From: Isosphaeraceae bacterium
Lineage (GTDB): Bacteria; Planctomycetota; Planctomycetia; Isosphaerales; Isosphaeraceae
Direction: 5' to 3'
Assembly (NCBI GenBank): GCA_965201075.1
Contig: CBDAVP010000007.1
Span: 124,001 to 188,000, forward strand
DNA: 64,000 bases
Below the pieces are notes generated by a model. It made no database searches. It was not told the origin of the DNA and saw only the letters and a list, made by a program, of their open reading frames with translations. Made by a program: the position numbers and the translations under genes. This document shows, piece by piece, positions 49,995 through 60,247 of this stretch. How positions within the stretch are numbered: position 1 is the stretch's first letter; every line of letters starts with the position of its first letter.

Positions 49995-51638
49995 TCAGAA
50001 GAGCAGGATCACGTCGAAGGCCAGGGTCAACTGGCTATTGCGGGTTCCGTTGTTATACGGGTGGGTGAACTGGGCCCAGTCGTAACGGGCCTCGGGCCGG
50101 ACCCAGATGTAGGGCTTGGGCTTGTAGATCAGGCCAACGGTCTGCTCGTAGAAGTTGTCCGAGAAGCCGGTGCGGACACCGCTGCTGTCTCGAAAGACTT
50201 CCGACCGCCAGACGCCGGTCAGCTTGTCGCCGAAGCTGTACAGGAACCAGTTACCGAAGCTGTACCACTGGGCATTCTTCGACGTGCCGCCCGCGCCGAT
50301 GCCGGGGATGTTCTGCTCGTAGGCGTCGTCGTTCTCGATGACCTGCGTCAGCTTGTCGTTCCACTTGTAGCTGAGGACGTTGGTGAAGAGAGTACGATTG
50401 TTGTGGCCATAGCCGATGTTGCGACGACCGGCCTGAAACCCTGGGTTGAGGAGTTCGGTATTGCCCGGCAGGATGATCTGGGTCTTGTTGCCGGTGAAGT
50501 TGGGATATTGGTCGGGGCCAGTGATGACAATGGTCGTGAAGCTGGTCTTGCCGCTCTTGGACGTCCAGGAGAAGCCGCCCATGTAGTTGTAGTCGTAGTT
50601 CGAGTTGAAGAACCGGTCCCAGCCGTTGACCGCACCGTTGTAGATGTTGATCCGGTCGTTGACGTGCAACGTCGAGATCATCCCGATGTGAGTGAACGGT
50701 TGGCCGTAGTTGAACATGTACGGCACGGACAGCAGCGGACGACCCGTCGCGGGCACCACTTCATAACCGGCCAGGGTGTAGAACCGACCACCCTTGATGT
50801 CCAGGCCGCCCTTGGTCAAGATCGGCAAGTGGACTTCGGCGTAGAACTGGGCCGGGTCGTAGCCGGCAAAGTGGTTGAGCGTGTAAGCCCCGTCGGAGAG
50901 GCTGTGCATGTGGTTGAACTGCCAGTCATTGCCGAACAGGTTGTCGACCCGGAAGCCGAAGTTGACCTTGTCGTTCTGCTCCAGGGGCTTTTCGACGATC
51001 AGGTAATACTGGTTCCCCATCCAGCGGTTGGCCAGGAAGTTGGGGTTCACACCGAAGTTGGTGGCGTTGTTGGGGACGCCATTGGTATTTCCGGTGTAGC
51101 TGTTCTGAATCCAGCCGTAGAACTTGACCGGGGAGTCTTCAATCCCCAGGAAATTCATCAACAGCTTGGTTTCGTCCTTTTCCGGCTCTTCTTCGGCCGC
51201 CTCTTCCCCACCAGCAGCATCGGCGCTAGCTTCGCCAGTGGTTGGCTCTCCTCCGCCGCCTTCACGCTCAGCGCGGGGCAAGGCCAAGTCGTTGTCGCTG
51301 GGCACTGGCGGGCCGCCCGGCTCGGCGACCGGGGGCGCGGAGTTGCCGTAGTTGATCGGTTCAGAGGTCGGCGGAGCGGGGGGGACACCGGCGTCGGGCA
51401 CTGGCGGGGTTTCGGGCGGCGGAGGCGGCGGGGTCACGTCGGCCGGAGTCGCCTGGACCTGTCGCACGCCCGATCCGAACACGGGCCGCTTCGCCCGTGA
51501 TGGAGCCTGGGGGGAATAGCCGGAAACGCCGACGGGGCGAATCGCTCCGTCCTGCGCCGAGGCCTCGACCCCGCCCATGCCGATTGCGAAGGCCAGCACC
51601 GCCCACCTCGGCCGCGCCGGTCGGGAAACCGTTCTCAT
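49995..51638 (-). CDS. Outer-membrane beta-barrel porin (BBP2/DUF1597-like)
   Basis: Signal peptide, Pro-rich linker, 'GRFYTLAGYEVV', 'QPFTHIG', 'RPEARYD', C-terminal Phe. Start uncertain. Confidence 0.85.
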   Translation of the reverse strand: MRTVSRPARPRWAVLAFAIGMGGVEASAQDGAIRPVGVSGYSPQAPSRAKRPVFGSGVRQVQATPADVTPPPPPPETPPVPDAGVPPAPPTSEPINYGNSAPPVAEPGGPPVPSDNDLALPRAEREGGGGEPTTGEASADAAGGEEAAEEEPEKDETKLLMNFLGIEDSPVKFYGWIQNSYTGNTNGVPNNATNFGVNPNFLANRWMGNQYYLIVEKPLEQNDKVNFGFRVDNLFGNDWQFNHMHSLSDGAYTLNHFAGYDPAQFYAEVHLPILTKGGLDIKGGRFYTLAGYEVVPATGRPLLSVPYMFNYGQPFTHIGMISTLHVNDRINIYNGAVNGWDRFFNSNYDYNYMGGFSWTSKSGKTSFTTIVITGPDQYPNFTGNKTQIILPGNTELLNPGFQAGRRNIGYGHNNRTLFTNVLSYKWNDKLTQVIENDDAYEQNIPGIGAGGTSKNAQWYSFGNWFLYSFGDKLTGVWRSEVFRDSSGVRTGFSDNFYEQTVGLIYKPKPYIWVRPEARYDWAQFTHPYNNGTRNSQLTLAFDVILLF

Positions 51639-52022
51639 CCGTAAAACTCCCATCCTTAAGACGCATCCTGGTCTTGATCCGGCGGGAGAGGGTGCCGGGG
51701 GGAGGCGATTCCTGCGGGCCGACGGTCGATCATCCTCCGACGCGAACGGCCCACTTTCTGATCGCTTGCCTTTGAAATCGTCCTTCTTGACCTCCGAATC
51801 CACTGATTCTGTCAACGCGTCTTTCCTTTCCCCAGATTCCGGTTCGGGGGATTCTTTCGCCTCCGCCAGACGGTGCGCTCGTCACTCAACACCGATTTGT
51901 CGCAAGCCTGATTGCGAAAAACGCCCGTCGATGCTGGACGGACGCCCTGAGAGTCCCTACAATGACCTCGTAAAGCCCGACGACCCTGAATCGTCGAAAC
52001 CGCCTGGCTCCTAGAGGTTTGG

Positions 52023-52685
52023 GTGGATACTTCCTCCGCGGACCGACCACTTCTGGACCTGATCCGCCGACAAGGCCCGCTGACCATCAAGCAGATGGCC
52101 GAGGGTCTTGGTGTGACGGCCACGGCCGTGAGGAATCGTCTGGGTCGTCTCACCGACGCCGGCCTCGTCGAACGTACGGCCGAGACCGGGGGTAGGGGCC
52201 GACCTCGCTTCGCCTACCGAGCCAGCGCAAAGACACAAAGCTGTCTGGGCCAGAACTATACGGAATTGGCGGTGGTCCTCTGGGATGAATTGATGCGTAG
52301 TGTCGACGACCGCAAACTTCGGCGCTTGCTCTTCGGCAGGGTCACCGAACGCCTGGCCGACCTGTACCGCTCCGAGGTCCGTGGCGATGACTGGCGAGAC
52401 CGGATGGTGCAACTCGGAACTGTCCTTCACGGTCGAGGGGTGGAGGCCGAGGTCGTACTCGTCCCCGGAGACGCTGACGCCCCTCCCGTTCTGAAACAAC
52501 ACTCCTGCCCCTACTATGAACTGGCCGAGACTGACCACGCGATCTGCGCTCTGGAACGAAAGATGTTCGAGAAAGTCCTGGGTCGCGCCTTGAGACTCAG
52601 CCACTGCCGCCTCGACGGCGACCGCTCCTGTGACTTCGAGGCCAAGCCGATTCACGCTTTAATCAACCCGATCCCGAACCCCTGA
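52023..52685 (+). CDS. sufR: SufR-like HTH regulator with Fe-S cysteine motif
   Basis: wHTH 'LGVTATAVRNRLGRL...GRGRP'. Cysteine pattern 'CPY..LA.....C..E...C......C'. First gene of the suf operon. Confidence 0.8.
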   Translation: MDTSSADRPLLDLIRRQGPLTIKQMAEGLGVTATAVRNRLGRLTDAGLVERTAETGGRGRPRFAYRASAKTQSCLGQNYTELAVVLWDELMRSVDDRKLRRLLFGRVTERLADLYRSEVRGDDWRDRMVQLGTVLHGRGVEAEVVLVPGDADAPPVLKQHSCPYYELAETDHAICALERKMFEKVLGRALRLSHCRLDGDRSCDFEAKPIHALINPIPNP

Positions 52686-52732
52686 ACCTGTCCACGGAGA
52701 CCTCGACCCCGGACCCCCGGGCGACACCAACG

Positions 52733-53560
52733 ATGAGCAAGGCCCTCCAGATCGAGAATTTGCGAGTCGCCGTCGCGGGCAAGGAGATCCTCAAGGGGGT
52801 CGACCTGACCATCCGCGAGGGGGAAGTCCACGCCCTGATGGGCCCCAACGGCTCGGGCAAGAGCACCCTGAGCTACGCTCTGGCCGGCCACCCCAACTAC
52901 GAAGTCCTCGGCGGAACGGCCCGGCTGGGCGACGTCGACCTGCTGGACCTGGACGCCGACGACCGGGCCAAGGCCGGCCTGTTCCTGGCCTTCCAGTACC
53001 CCACGTCGATCCCCGGCGTCACCGTGGCCAACTTCCTTCGCCACGCGGTCAGCAACGTCCGCCGTCCCGACCGCAAGGAGGGGGAGGACCTCGTCCCCAT
53101 GCGCGACTTCCGCAAGGAGTTGCGCTCCGAAATGGACGAACTGGGCATGGACCCTGACTTCGCCCGCCGCTACCTCAATGAGGGGTTTTCCGGCGGCGAG
53201 AAGAAGCGGGCCGAGGTGCTCCAACTGGCGTTGCTCAAACCGGCCATCGCCATCCTTGATGAGACCGACAGCGGCCTCGATATCGACGCGGTTCGGGTCG
53301 TTTCCGAAGGGGTCAACAAGGTCGCCAGCAAGGTCGGCACCGGCGTGCTGGTCATCACCCACTACCAGCGCATCCTCAACTATATCAAGCCCCAGTTCGT
53401 CCACATCCTCTTCGGAGGCCGGATCGTCGAGGACGGCGGCCCCGAGCTTGTTACCAAGCTTGAAGCCGAGGGTTACGACTGGATCCGCGCCAAATACCCC
53501 GACGCCGCCCGCGACGAGGACGCCCTGGAACAGGCCGGCGCGACTCCGGCGTCTTTCTAG
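52733..53560 (+). CDS. sufC: Fe-S cluster assembly ATPase SufC
   Basis: 'GPNGSGKST', 'FLAFQYP', 'NEGFSGGEKKR', 'LDETDSGLDID'. Confidence 0.96.
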   Translation: MSKALQIENLRVAVAGKEILKGVDLTIREGEVHALMGPNGSGKSTLSYALAGHPNYEVLGGTARLGDVDLLDLDADDRAKAGLFLAFQYPTSIPGVTVANFLRHAVSNVRRPDRKEGEDLVPMRDFRKELRSEMDELGMDPDFARRYLNEGFSGGEKKRAEVLQLALLKPAIAILDETDSGLDIDAVRVVSEGVNKVASKVGTGVLVITHYQRILNYIKPQFVHILFGGRIVEDGGPELVTKLEAEGYDWIRAKYPDAARDEDALEQAGATPASF

Positions 53561-53672
53561 CCACGGCCCGCCGCCGATCTCCGGCTCGACGCGCCCGCCA
53601 CCCCACCCGGTCGATTTGTGATCGGTTCCACCGAAACATTCCGCAAACCGCCCCTCTCAAGAGGTTTTTCCC

Positions 53673-55088
53673 ATGTCGACCGACCTCGGTACCCAGGTCC
53701 AGGGGATCAAGGACGAGTACAAGTACGGCTTCCACGACTCGGTGGAAAACTACTCGTTCCGCAGTGGCAAGGGCTTGAACCGCGAGATCGTCCACCAGAT
53801 CTCTGAGATCAAGAACGAGCCTCAGTGGATGCGGGACATCCGCCTCAAGGCCCTGGACGTCTTCTGGAGCAAGCCGACCCCCCTCTGGGGCGGTGAGCTT
53901 GGCGAACTGAACTACGACGATATCCGCTACTTCATGAGGGCGTCGGACCGCCAGGGCCGCACCTGGGACGATGTGCCCGCCGAGATCAAGAACACCTTCG
54001 ACAAGCTGGGCATCCCCGAAGCCGAGCGCAAATTCCTGGCGGGCGTCGGCGCCCAGTACGATTCGGAGGTTGTCTATCACAGTCTCCGCGACGACCTCCA
54101 GCAGAAGGGCGTCATCTTTGTTGACACCGACACCGCCCTCCGAGAATACCCTGACCTCGTCCGCGAGTATTTCGGCACGATCATCCCCACCGCCGACAAC
54201 AAGTTCGCCGCGCTCAACACGGCGGTCTGGTCCGGAGGCTCGTTCGTCTACGTCCCGGCCGGGGTCAAGGTCGAGATTCCCCTCCAGGCGTACTTCCGCA
54301 TCAACGCCGAGAACATGGGTCAGTTCGAGCGGACCTTGATTATCGTCGAGGAAGGCGCCCAGGTTCACTACGTCGAAGGCTGCACCGCGCCGACGTTCAC
54401 CACCGAGAGCCTGCACTCGGCGGTCGTCGAGGTGATCGTCAAGAAGGGGGCTCGCTGCCGCTACACGACGATCCAGAACTGGTCCAGCAACATCTACAAC
54501 CTTGTGACCAAGCGAGCCGTCGCCCACGAGGACGCGGTCATGGAGTGGGTCGACGGCAACCTCGGCAGCCGCCTGACCATGAAGTACCCAGCCGTCCACA
54601 TGGTCGGCAAGGGAGCGCGAGGCGAGATCCTCTCCATCGCCTTCGCCGGCAAGGGGCAGCACCAGGACGCCGGTGGCAAGGTCGTTCACTCGGCCCCCTA
54701 CACCAGCAGCCGGATCATCTCCAAGAGCATCAGCAAGAACGGCGGCCGGGCCAGCTACCGCGGCTTGCTGAAGGTCGATAAGGGATGCAAGGGGGCCAAG
54801 TCCAACGTCGTGTGCGACGCCTTGATCCTCGACCCGATCAGCCGATCCGACACCTATCCCTACATCGAGATCGACGAGGACGACGTCAAGATCGGCCACG
54901 AGGCCAGCGTCTCCAAGATCGGCGAGGAGCAGCTTTTCTACCTCATGAGCCGAGGGCTCTCCGAAACCGAAGCCTCCACGATGATCGTTAGCGGCTTCAT
55001 TGAGCCCCTAGTCAAGGAGCTGCCGATGGAGTACGCCGTCGAGATGAATAAGCTCATCCAGCTTCAGATGGAAGGCTCGGTGGGTTGA
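53673..55088 (+). CDS. sufB: Fe-S cluster assembly protein SufB
   Basis: 'AQYDSEV', 'GQFERTLI', 'YVEGCTAP', 'LHSAVVE', 'HEASVSKI', 'ELPMEYAVE'. Confidence 0.97.
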   Translation: MSTDLGTQVQGIKDEYKYGFHDSVENYSFRSGKGLNREIVHQISEIKNEPQWMRDIRLKALDVFWSKPTPLWGGELGELNYDDIRYFMRASDRQGRTWDDVPAEIKNTFDKLGIPEAERKFLAGVGAQYDSEVVYHSLRDDLQQKGVIFVDTDTALREYPDLVREYFGTIIPTADNKFAALNTAVWSGGSFVYVPAGVKVEIPLQAYFRINAENMGQFERTLIIVEEGAQVHYVEGCTAPTFTTESLHSAVVEVIVKKGARCRYTTIQNWSSNIYNLVTKRAVAHEDAVMEWVDGNLGSRLTMKYPAVHMVGKGARGEILSIAFAGKGQHQDAGGKVVHSAPYTSSRIISKSISKNGGRASYRGLLKVDKGCKGAKSNVVCDALILDPISRSDTYPYIEIDEDDVKIGHEASVSKIGEEQLFYLMSRGLSETEASTMIVSGFIEPLVKELPMEYAVEMNKLIQLQMEGSVG

Positions 55089-55173
55089 GGTAAGGGGACA
55101 TCTCGGTTGGCGGGGCTTGGATTGTCCGGAACGGCAAAGGGGAGCGAACGTACACCCGCCAGGGATCGCTTTC

Positions 55174-55521
55174 ATGACCACGCGCAACGACGAAGAGATC
55201 TTGGACCCTCTCATCAGAGCGAAAGATTTGGACGCGGCCCGGTCCGGTTCGGAAGTCCTCCGAGGCGTTCTGGGTCAGAGTGCTGGACTCGTTAAGGAGA
55301 AATGGTCCCTGGAAGTGGATGCTCGCGACAGGGAACTAATCGTCCTGAAAATATGGGACTGGACTGGGGCCGTGGAGTATAAATTCGCCCCCCAGGAACT
55401 GGACAATTTCTCTCACTTGGAGCGACGACTGTACCGGCTCTGGGGGGATCTGCTCCAGGTCCGCTCTCACGTTCAAACTGATGATTACATCTCCGGCCTG
55501 CAGTCGCAGGGGGCACTATAG
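55174..55521 (+). CDS. Hypothetical protein inserted in the suf operon
   Basis: ATG-started ORF with more A/T-ending codons than its flanks; 'DWTGAVEYKFAPQEL...LYRLWGDLLQVRSH'. Confidence 0.6.
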   Translation: MTTRNDEEILDPLIRAKDLDAARSGSEVLRGVLGQSAGLVKEKWSLEVDARDRELIVLKIWDWTGAVEYKFAPQELDNFSHLERRLYRLWGDLLQVRSHVQTDDYISGLQSQGAL

Positions 55522-55523
55522 AC

Positions 55524-55829
55524 ATGCCTCGGTCGGAGGCCGACCACTCTCGCGAGTTGGCTGTCATTGAAAAGTTGTCAACCCTCGATGCACGGGTCTC
55601 GCAACTCCGTGAGGACATGGCACGCATCGAGAAGAATGCCGCCGAGACCGAAAAGAGCGCGACGGACACGCTGTCCGACTTTCGGGTATTAGTTAGCCCC
55701 TTCGAGGAGTTAAGAGACAGCGTTGAAGGAAGCTCGTGGACGACGATGGTCACTCGTCCCGGGGCTGATCGGTGTTATCGTCGGTTCGCTGATTGCGAAT
55801 GTTGGCCCTTTAATCGCAAAGTTAATTAG
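55524..55829 (+). CDS. Short coiled-coil hypothetical protein, possibly a truncated remnant
   Basis: Starts 2 bp after the previous ORF. N-terminal half is coiled-coil-like; C-terminal half looks non-coding. Confidence 0.35.
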   Translation: MPRSEADHSRELAVIEKLSTLDARVSQLREDMARIEKNAAETEKSATDTLSDFRVLVSPFEELRDSVEGSSWTTMVTRPGADRCYRRFADCECWPFNRKVN

Positions 55830-55920
55830 CCCCCTGGCCCATCGCTGAGGTCCGGGGGTCTCTCCTCCCCCCCGATTTCGATCGGGCAGTCCCTAACCTG
55901 TCAAACGAGTGTCATCCGCG

Positions 55921-57327
55921 ATGAGCAGTGCACCAGCGGCCAAATCCTTGACTGGTGGTTTCACCGAGACCGCCCTCGAAACCTTCCTGAAAAACCACGA
56001 CGAGCCGCTATGGCTCCGCCAAAAGCGCCGCGACGCCTTCGCTCAGTTCCAGGCCTTACCTTGGCCCAGCCTCCGCGACGAGGAATGGCGACGCACCGAC
56101 ATCCGCGGCCTGAAACTCGCCGACTTCGCCCCCCCCGCCCCTCACCAACCCACCGACGACGCCACCGCCACTTTGGCGAGCCGCCGCGAATCCCTCGGTA
56201 CCCATTACGCCGCCGGGATCGAGCATGTCGATGCCGCCCCTATCGCCACTCCCGCCGTCAATCTCCCTGGCGGGGCGATCTTCACCGACCTGGGCACCGC
56301 CGCCCGCCAGCATCCCGAACTGCTCGAACGCTACCTGATGACTCGGGCCGTCGACCCAGGCATCGATACCTTCTCGGCCCTCCATGCGGCCTTCTGGACG
56401 GGCGGCACGTTGCTCTACGTCCCCAAAGGGGTCGTCCTCGAAACACCGCTCTCGACGCTGGTCGGGCTGTCCGCTTCCGGTCGGGCCGATCTCCATCACA
56501 CCCTGGTCATCCTGGAAGAGGGGGCCAAGGCGACCCTCGTCCAGGAATACGCCGGGGCCAGCCGCGGCAAGACGCCTGGTCTCCATGTCGGAGCGGTCGA
56601 GTTGATCGTCGGCGAAGGCGCCCGACTTCGCTTCGTCAACATCCAGGATTGGGACGACTCCACCTGGCATTTCAGCCGCGAACGCGCCGTCGTCGGCCGC
56701 GACGGCCTGCTGCAATGGACCGTGGGTGGTCTCGGTTCGCGGCTGGCCAAGGTCAACCAGGAAGTCGCCCTGGCCGGCGAGGGGGCCAATGCCCAGGTCA
56801 ATGGCGTGATGTTTACCTCCGCCCGCCAGCACCTGGCCTACTTTACCCGGCAAGATCACCAGGCCCCCCACACCACCAGCGACCTCCTTTACAAAGGCGG
56901 CCTCAAGGGCCGCTCCCGGATCGTCTGGAAGGGGATGATCCGCGTCGAGAAGGAAGCCCAGCGCACCGACGCCTACCAGAAAAACGACAACCTCCACCTT
57001 TCCAACCTGGCCCGCGCCGATTCGATACCCGGCCTGGAGATTGAGGCCAACGACGTCCGCTGTACCCACGGCGCCACCGCCGGACGCGTTGATGACGAGA
57101 TGCTCTTCTACTGCCAGAGCCGCGGAATCGACAAGGAAACCGCCATCCGCCTGGTCGTCGAGGGCTTCTTCGCCAACGTCTACGACCGCATCACCCTGGA
57201 ACCCGTCCGCGAAACCCTCCGGCAAGCCGTCGCCGCCAAACTCAACGAGGCCCCAACCGCGACCGCCGCCGCCGCGGTCGACGCCGAAGCCCCAGACTCC
57301 GCCAACACCCCGTCAACCTCTCACTGA
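55921..57327 (+). CDS. sufD: Fe-S cluster assembly protein SufD
   Basis: 'DEEWRRTD', 'TSDLLYKG', '[20 protein letters not shown]', 'LFY..SRGI'. Confidence 0.95.
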   Translation: MSSAPAAKSLTGGFTETALETFLKNHDEPLWLRQKRRDAFAQFQALPWPSLRDEEWRRTDIRGLKLADFAPPAPHQPTDDATATLASRRESLGTHYAAGIEHVDAAPIATPAVNLPGGAIFTDLGTAARQHPELLERYLMTRAVDPGIDTFSALHAAFWTGGTLLYVPKGVVLETPLSTLVGLSASGRADLHHTLVILEEGAKATLVQEYAGASRGKTPGLHVGAVELIVGEGARLRFVNIQDWDDSTWHFSRERAVVGRDGLLQWTVGGLGSRLAKVNQEVALAGEGANAQVNGVMFTSARQHLAYFTRQDHQAPHTTSDLLYKGGLKGRSRIVWKGMIRVEKEAQRTDAYQKNDNLHLSNLARADSIPGLEIEANDVRCTHGATAGRVDDEMLFYCQSRGIDKETAIRLVVEGFFANVYDRITLEPVRETLRQAVAAKLNEAPTATAAAAVDAEAPDSANTPSTSH

Positions 57328-57349
57328 ACCCGACCCGGAGCCGCCCGCG

Positions 57350-58204
57350 ATGGCCGACGCCTATGCCCACCCTGAAGTCCTCGTCTCGGCCGACTGGGTC
57401 CAGGAGCATCAGCACGACCCCAAGGTCCGCATCGTCGAGAGCGACGAGGACATCCTCCTCTACGACATGGGCCACGTCCCCGGCGCCGTCAAGGTCGACT
57501 GGCAAGGCGACCTCCAGGACCAGCTTGTCCGCGACTACATCGACGCCGACAAGTTCGCCCTGATCTGCTCCCGGGCCGGCATCGCCCCCGAGACGACTGT
57601 CGTCTTCTACGGAGATAAGTCGAACTGGTGGGCCTGCTACGCCTTCTGGGCCTTCAAACTGTTCGGCCACAAGGATTGCCGCGTCATGGACGGCGGCCGA
57701 AAGCTCTGGATCGACCAGAAGCGTCCTCTGTCCAGGGAAACCGCCGCCTACCCCCCCACCAGCTACACAACCGGAGAGCCAGCCGAGTCCGAGATCCGCG
57801 CCTTCCGCGACCAGGTTCTCGCCCACTCCCAGGCTGGCCGCCCGCTGCTGGATGTCCGCAGCACCAAGGAGTTCACCGGCGAGAAGCTCCACATGGAAGA
57901 CTATCCTCAGGAAGGCGCGCTCCGCGGCGGGCACATCCCTGGCGCCGCCAGCGTCCCCTGGGCTCGCGCCGTGAATGAGGACGGCACCTTCAAATCGGCC
58001 TCTGAGCTTTCTCTGATTTATGAGAAGGAAATCGGCCTCAAGCCCACCGACGATGTCGTGGCCTACTGCCGGATTGGTGAGCGCTCCAGCCTGACCTGGT
58101 TCGTGCTAAAATATCTCCTAGGGTTTGAAAAGGTCCGTAACTACGACGGTTCCTGGTGCGAGTGGGGCAACCTCGTCCGAGCCCCAATCGCCAAGGGTGC
58201 CTGA
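57350..58204 (+). CDS. Tandem-rhodanese sulfurtransferase (SseA/CysA-type)
   Basis: 'GHVPGAV', 'LDVRS..EF.G', 'GHIPGA', active-site loop 'YCRIGERSS', 'YDGSWCEWG'. Confidence 0.93.
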   Translation: MADAYAHPEVLVSADWVQEHQHDPKVRIVESDEDILLYDMGHVPGAVKVDWQGDLQDQLVRDYIDADKFALICSRAGIAPETTVVFYGDKSNWWACYAFWAFKLFGHKDCRVMDGGRKLWIDQKRPLSRETAAYPPTSYTTGEPAESEIRAFRDQVLAHSQAGRPLLDVRSTKEFTGEKLHMEDYPQEGALRGGHIPGAASVPWARAVNEDGTFKSASELSLIYEKEIGLKPTDDVVAYCRIGERSSLTWFVLKYLLGFEKVRNYDGSWCEWGNLVRAPIAKGA

Positions 58205-58241
58205 GCCGGTCGAACCCGCGTTGACGACCCCCGGAGGTTCC

Positions 58242-58682
58242 GTGTCCGCCAAGCTGGAAGAGATCGCCGCCGACCTCCGCGACGCTGATAAGGCCGAACG
58301 GACCGAATTGCTGATCGACTTGGCCAAGGGGCTCCCGCCCCTGCCCGAGCGATTCGAGGAGCTGCGGGACGCGGCGCACCGGGTCCACGAATGCCTTTCG
58401 CCGGTCTTCCTGTTCGTGGAAATCGGGCCCGACGGCCGCGCCGCTCTCTTCGCCGACGCACCGATGGAAGCTCCCACGGTCCGCGGCTTCGTGGGCCTGC
58501 TGGTTGAAGGGCTTGACGGCTCAACGGTTGAGGAGATTCTCGCCTCGCCCGACGACCTCGTCGATCGCTCCGGAATCGGCGAACTCGTCGGCATGCAACG
58601 CGCTGTCGGACTTCCCCGGATTCTCCGGCGACTCAAGGCCGAAGCCACCCGCGCTGCCATTGTCCGCTCGGTCTCCCACTGA
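58242..58682 (+). CDS. sufE: SufE family sulfur-acceptor protein
   Basis: 'LIDLAKGLPPL', 'RVHECLSPVFL', 'APTVRGF'. GGAGG RBS. Confidence 0.85.
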   Translation: MSAKLEEIAADLRDADKAERTELLIDLAKGLPPLPERFEELRDAAHRVHECLSPVFLFVEIGPDGRAALFADAPMEAPTVRGFVGLLVEGLDGSTVEEILASPDDLVDRSGIGELVGMQRAVGLPRILRRLKAEATRAAIVRSVSH

Positions 58683-58751
58683 TCCGAAACCTCGGCTCGC
58701 AACCAACCCACGACCTCCCCCCAATCCCGCCAGACCCTGTGGAGCCCGCCG

Positions 58752-59051
58752 ATGCCCGACCACGAGGCGATCCTGGAAGCGTTGCGCACCGTCAACGACC
58801 CTGAACTCAGCGTCAATATTGTGGACCTCGGCCTCGTCTATACGGCCCAGAGCCGCGACGACGAGGTTGACGTGGAAATGACACTGACTACCCCCGCCTG
58901 CCCCGCCGGCCCCCAGATCCTCGGCGACGCGGTCAAGGCGCTCGAAGCCCTCGACGGCGTTGCCAAGGCCAACGTCAAACTCGTCATGTCCCCCCCGTGG
59001 TCTCCCGACCGCATGACCGACGCGGCCCGCGACGAACTCGGCATCTTTTAG
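58752..59051 (+). CDS. sufT: DUF59/SufT Fe-S maturation factor
   Basis: 'V.DPEL..NIVDLGLVY', 'MTLTTPACP', 'PPWSPDRMT'. Confidence 0.9.
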   Translation: MPDHEAILEALRTVNDPELSVNIVDLGLVYTAQSRDDEVDVEMTLTTPACPAGPQILGDAVKALEALDGVAKANVKLVMSPPWSPDRMTDAARDELGIF

Positions 59052-59318
59052 CGAACTCGGGACCAGATGTGGACAATCGTCACCGACGATGTTGACCCCT
59101 CACGACATGGGATTGCAATCAGTCATTCACCGCCTAAGATGGGCGTGCCTCGATCGGCCCGCGCCTGGTTTCGCGGCGACCGGAAAACGATGTTTTTCCC
59201 TGCACTCGTGCCGACGCTGACAAGGCAATCGGCTTCGTTCAGTTCGCATCGTTCGCCCCCGAATCGGGGCCGACCGGACGTCCCTGAAGGGGGGTCCCCG
59301 ACAGCGGGACCGAGCGCC

Positions 59319-60134
59319 GTGGCCCGCAAGAAGACGTCCAAGGTCCGGGTCGACCTGAAGCAGTTAATCTCCCAGCGACTCCGCGAGGTCCGCCAGGAGC
59401 GGTTCGGCGAGCACGGGGGTCCCGAACTGGCCCGTCGCTTAGATCTCCCAGCCCGGACCTGGTACAACTACGAGACAGGCGTCACTGTCCCCGCCGAGGT
59501 CCTGCTCAGCTTCATCGACCAAACCGGAACCAACCCCGGTTGGCTCTTCAATGGCGAGGGGCCCAAGTTCAGCCGTCCCGCCGACGACCGGAACTGGCGG
59601 GAACTCAGCCCCGAGGACCTGATCCGTCGCGGCCTGGAGAAGCTCGAACGCCAGAATCCCGCCGCCTACCCCTCGTCTGGGATCAACGGCGATCCCTCGG
59701 CCGAATTCGTTGCTGTGCCGATGATCCCTCTGGAGGAACTGGGCGACCAGGACGGGACCCTGAGCGACCCCAACCCCGACGGCCAGTCGATCCTGGCCTC
59801 GCGCGACTGGCTCCCGCATCCCTCGAAAACCGTGGCCGTCCGCCTGGCCGACGACGCGATGCACCCGATCCTGTCCCAAGGCTCGGTCGTCGCGGTCGAC
59901 CGCTCGGTCACCGACCCCGCCCAGCTCCAGGGCAAACTCGTCGCGGCGTGGCCCGACCCTGACCGCTCGCCCATGATCCGCTGGCTCGAAGTCAGCGGCC
60001 GGCACCTGATCCTCCGACCCAATCAACCCAGCGCCGACCACCCCCTCATCCCCGTCCCACGCGCCGACGGCGGCGACCTTACCGCGATCCTCGGCCAGGT
60101 GGTCTGGTCCTGGAGCCGATTCGGCGAAAGCTGA
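59319..60134 (+). CDS. XRE-type HTH plus degenerate S24 peptidase-like domain regulator
   Basis: 'ISQRLREVRQE.FGEHGGPELARRL.LPARTWYNYETGVTVP' and 'WLFNGEG'. C-terminal 'RLADDAMHP...G..V.VD', 'L.P.N' and 'ILGQVVW'. Confidence 0.8.
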   Translation: MARKKTSKVRVDLKQLISQRLREVRQERFGEHGGPELARRLDLPARTWYNYETGVTVPAEVLLSFIDQTGTNPGWLFNGEGPKFSRPADDRNWRELSPEDLIRRGLEKLERQNPAAYPSSGINGDPSAEFVAVPMIPLEELGDQDGTLSDPNPDGQSILASRDWLPHPSKTVAVRLADDAMHPILSQGSVVAVDRSVTDPAQLQGKLVAAWPDPDRSPMIRWLEVSGRHLILRPNQPSADHPLIPVPRADGGDLTAILGQVVWSWSRFGES

Positions 60135-60247
60135 CCCGAGTCCGCGGTCGACCCCTTGCCTACTACCGAGGCATCGGCGATCCTCGATCCCGGGGAGCGA
60201 TCTCGGCTCCGTTAGGAACCTGACCCTCGCCCCGCGGCTCACCCGTC

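Noticed and set aside
49995..51638. Porin as the outer-membrane channel of the T7SS-like cluster
   Set aside because: It is convergently transcribed, separated by a terminator hairpin, and belongs to a common planctomycete porin family; adjacency alone is insufficient.
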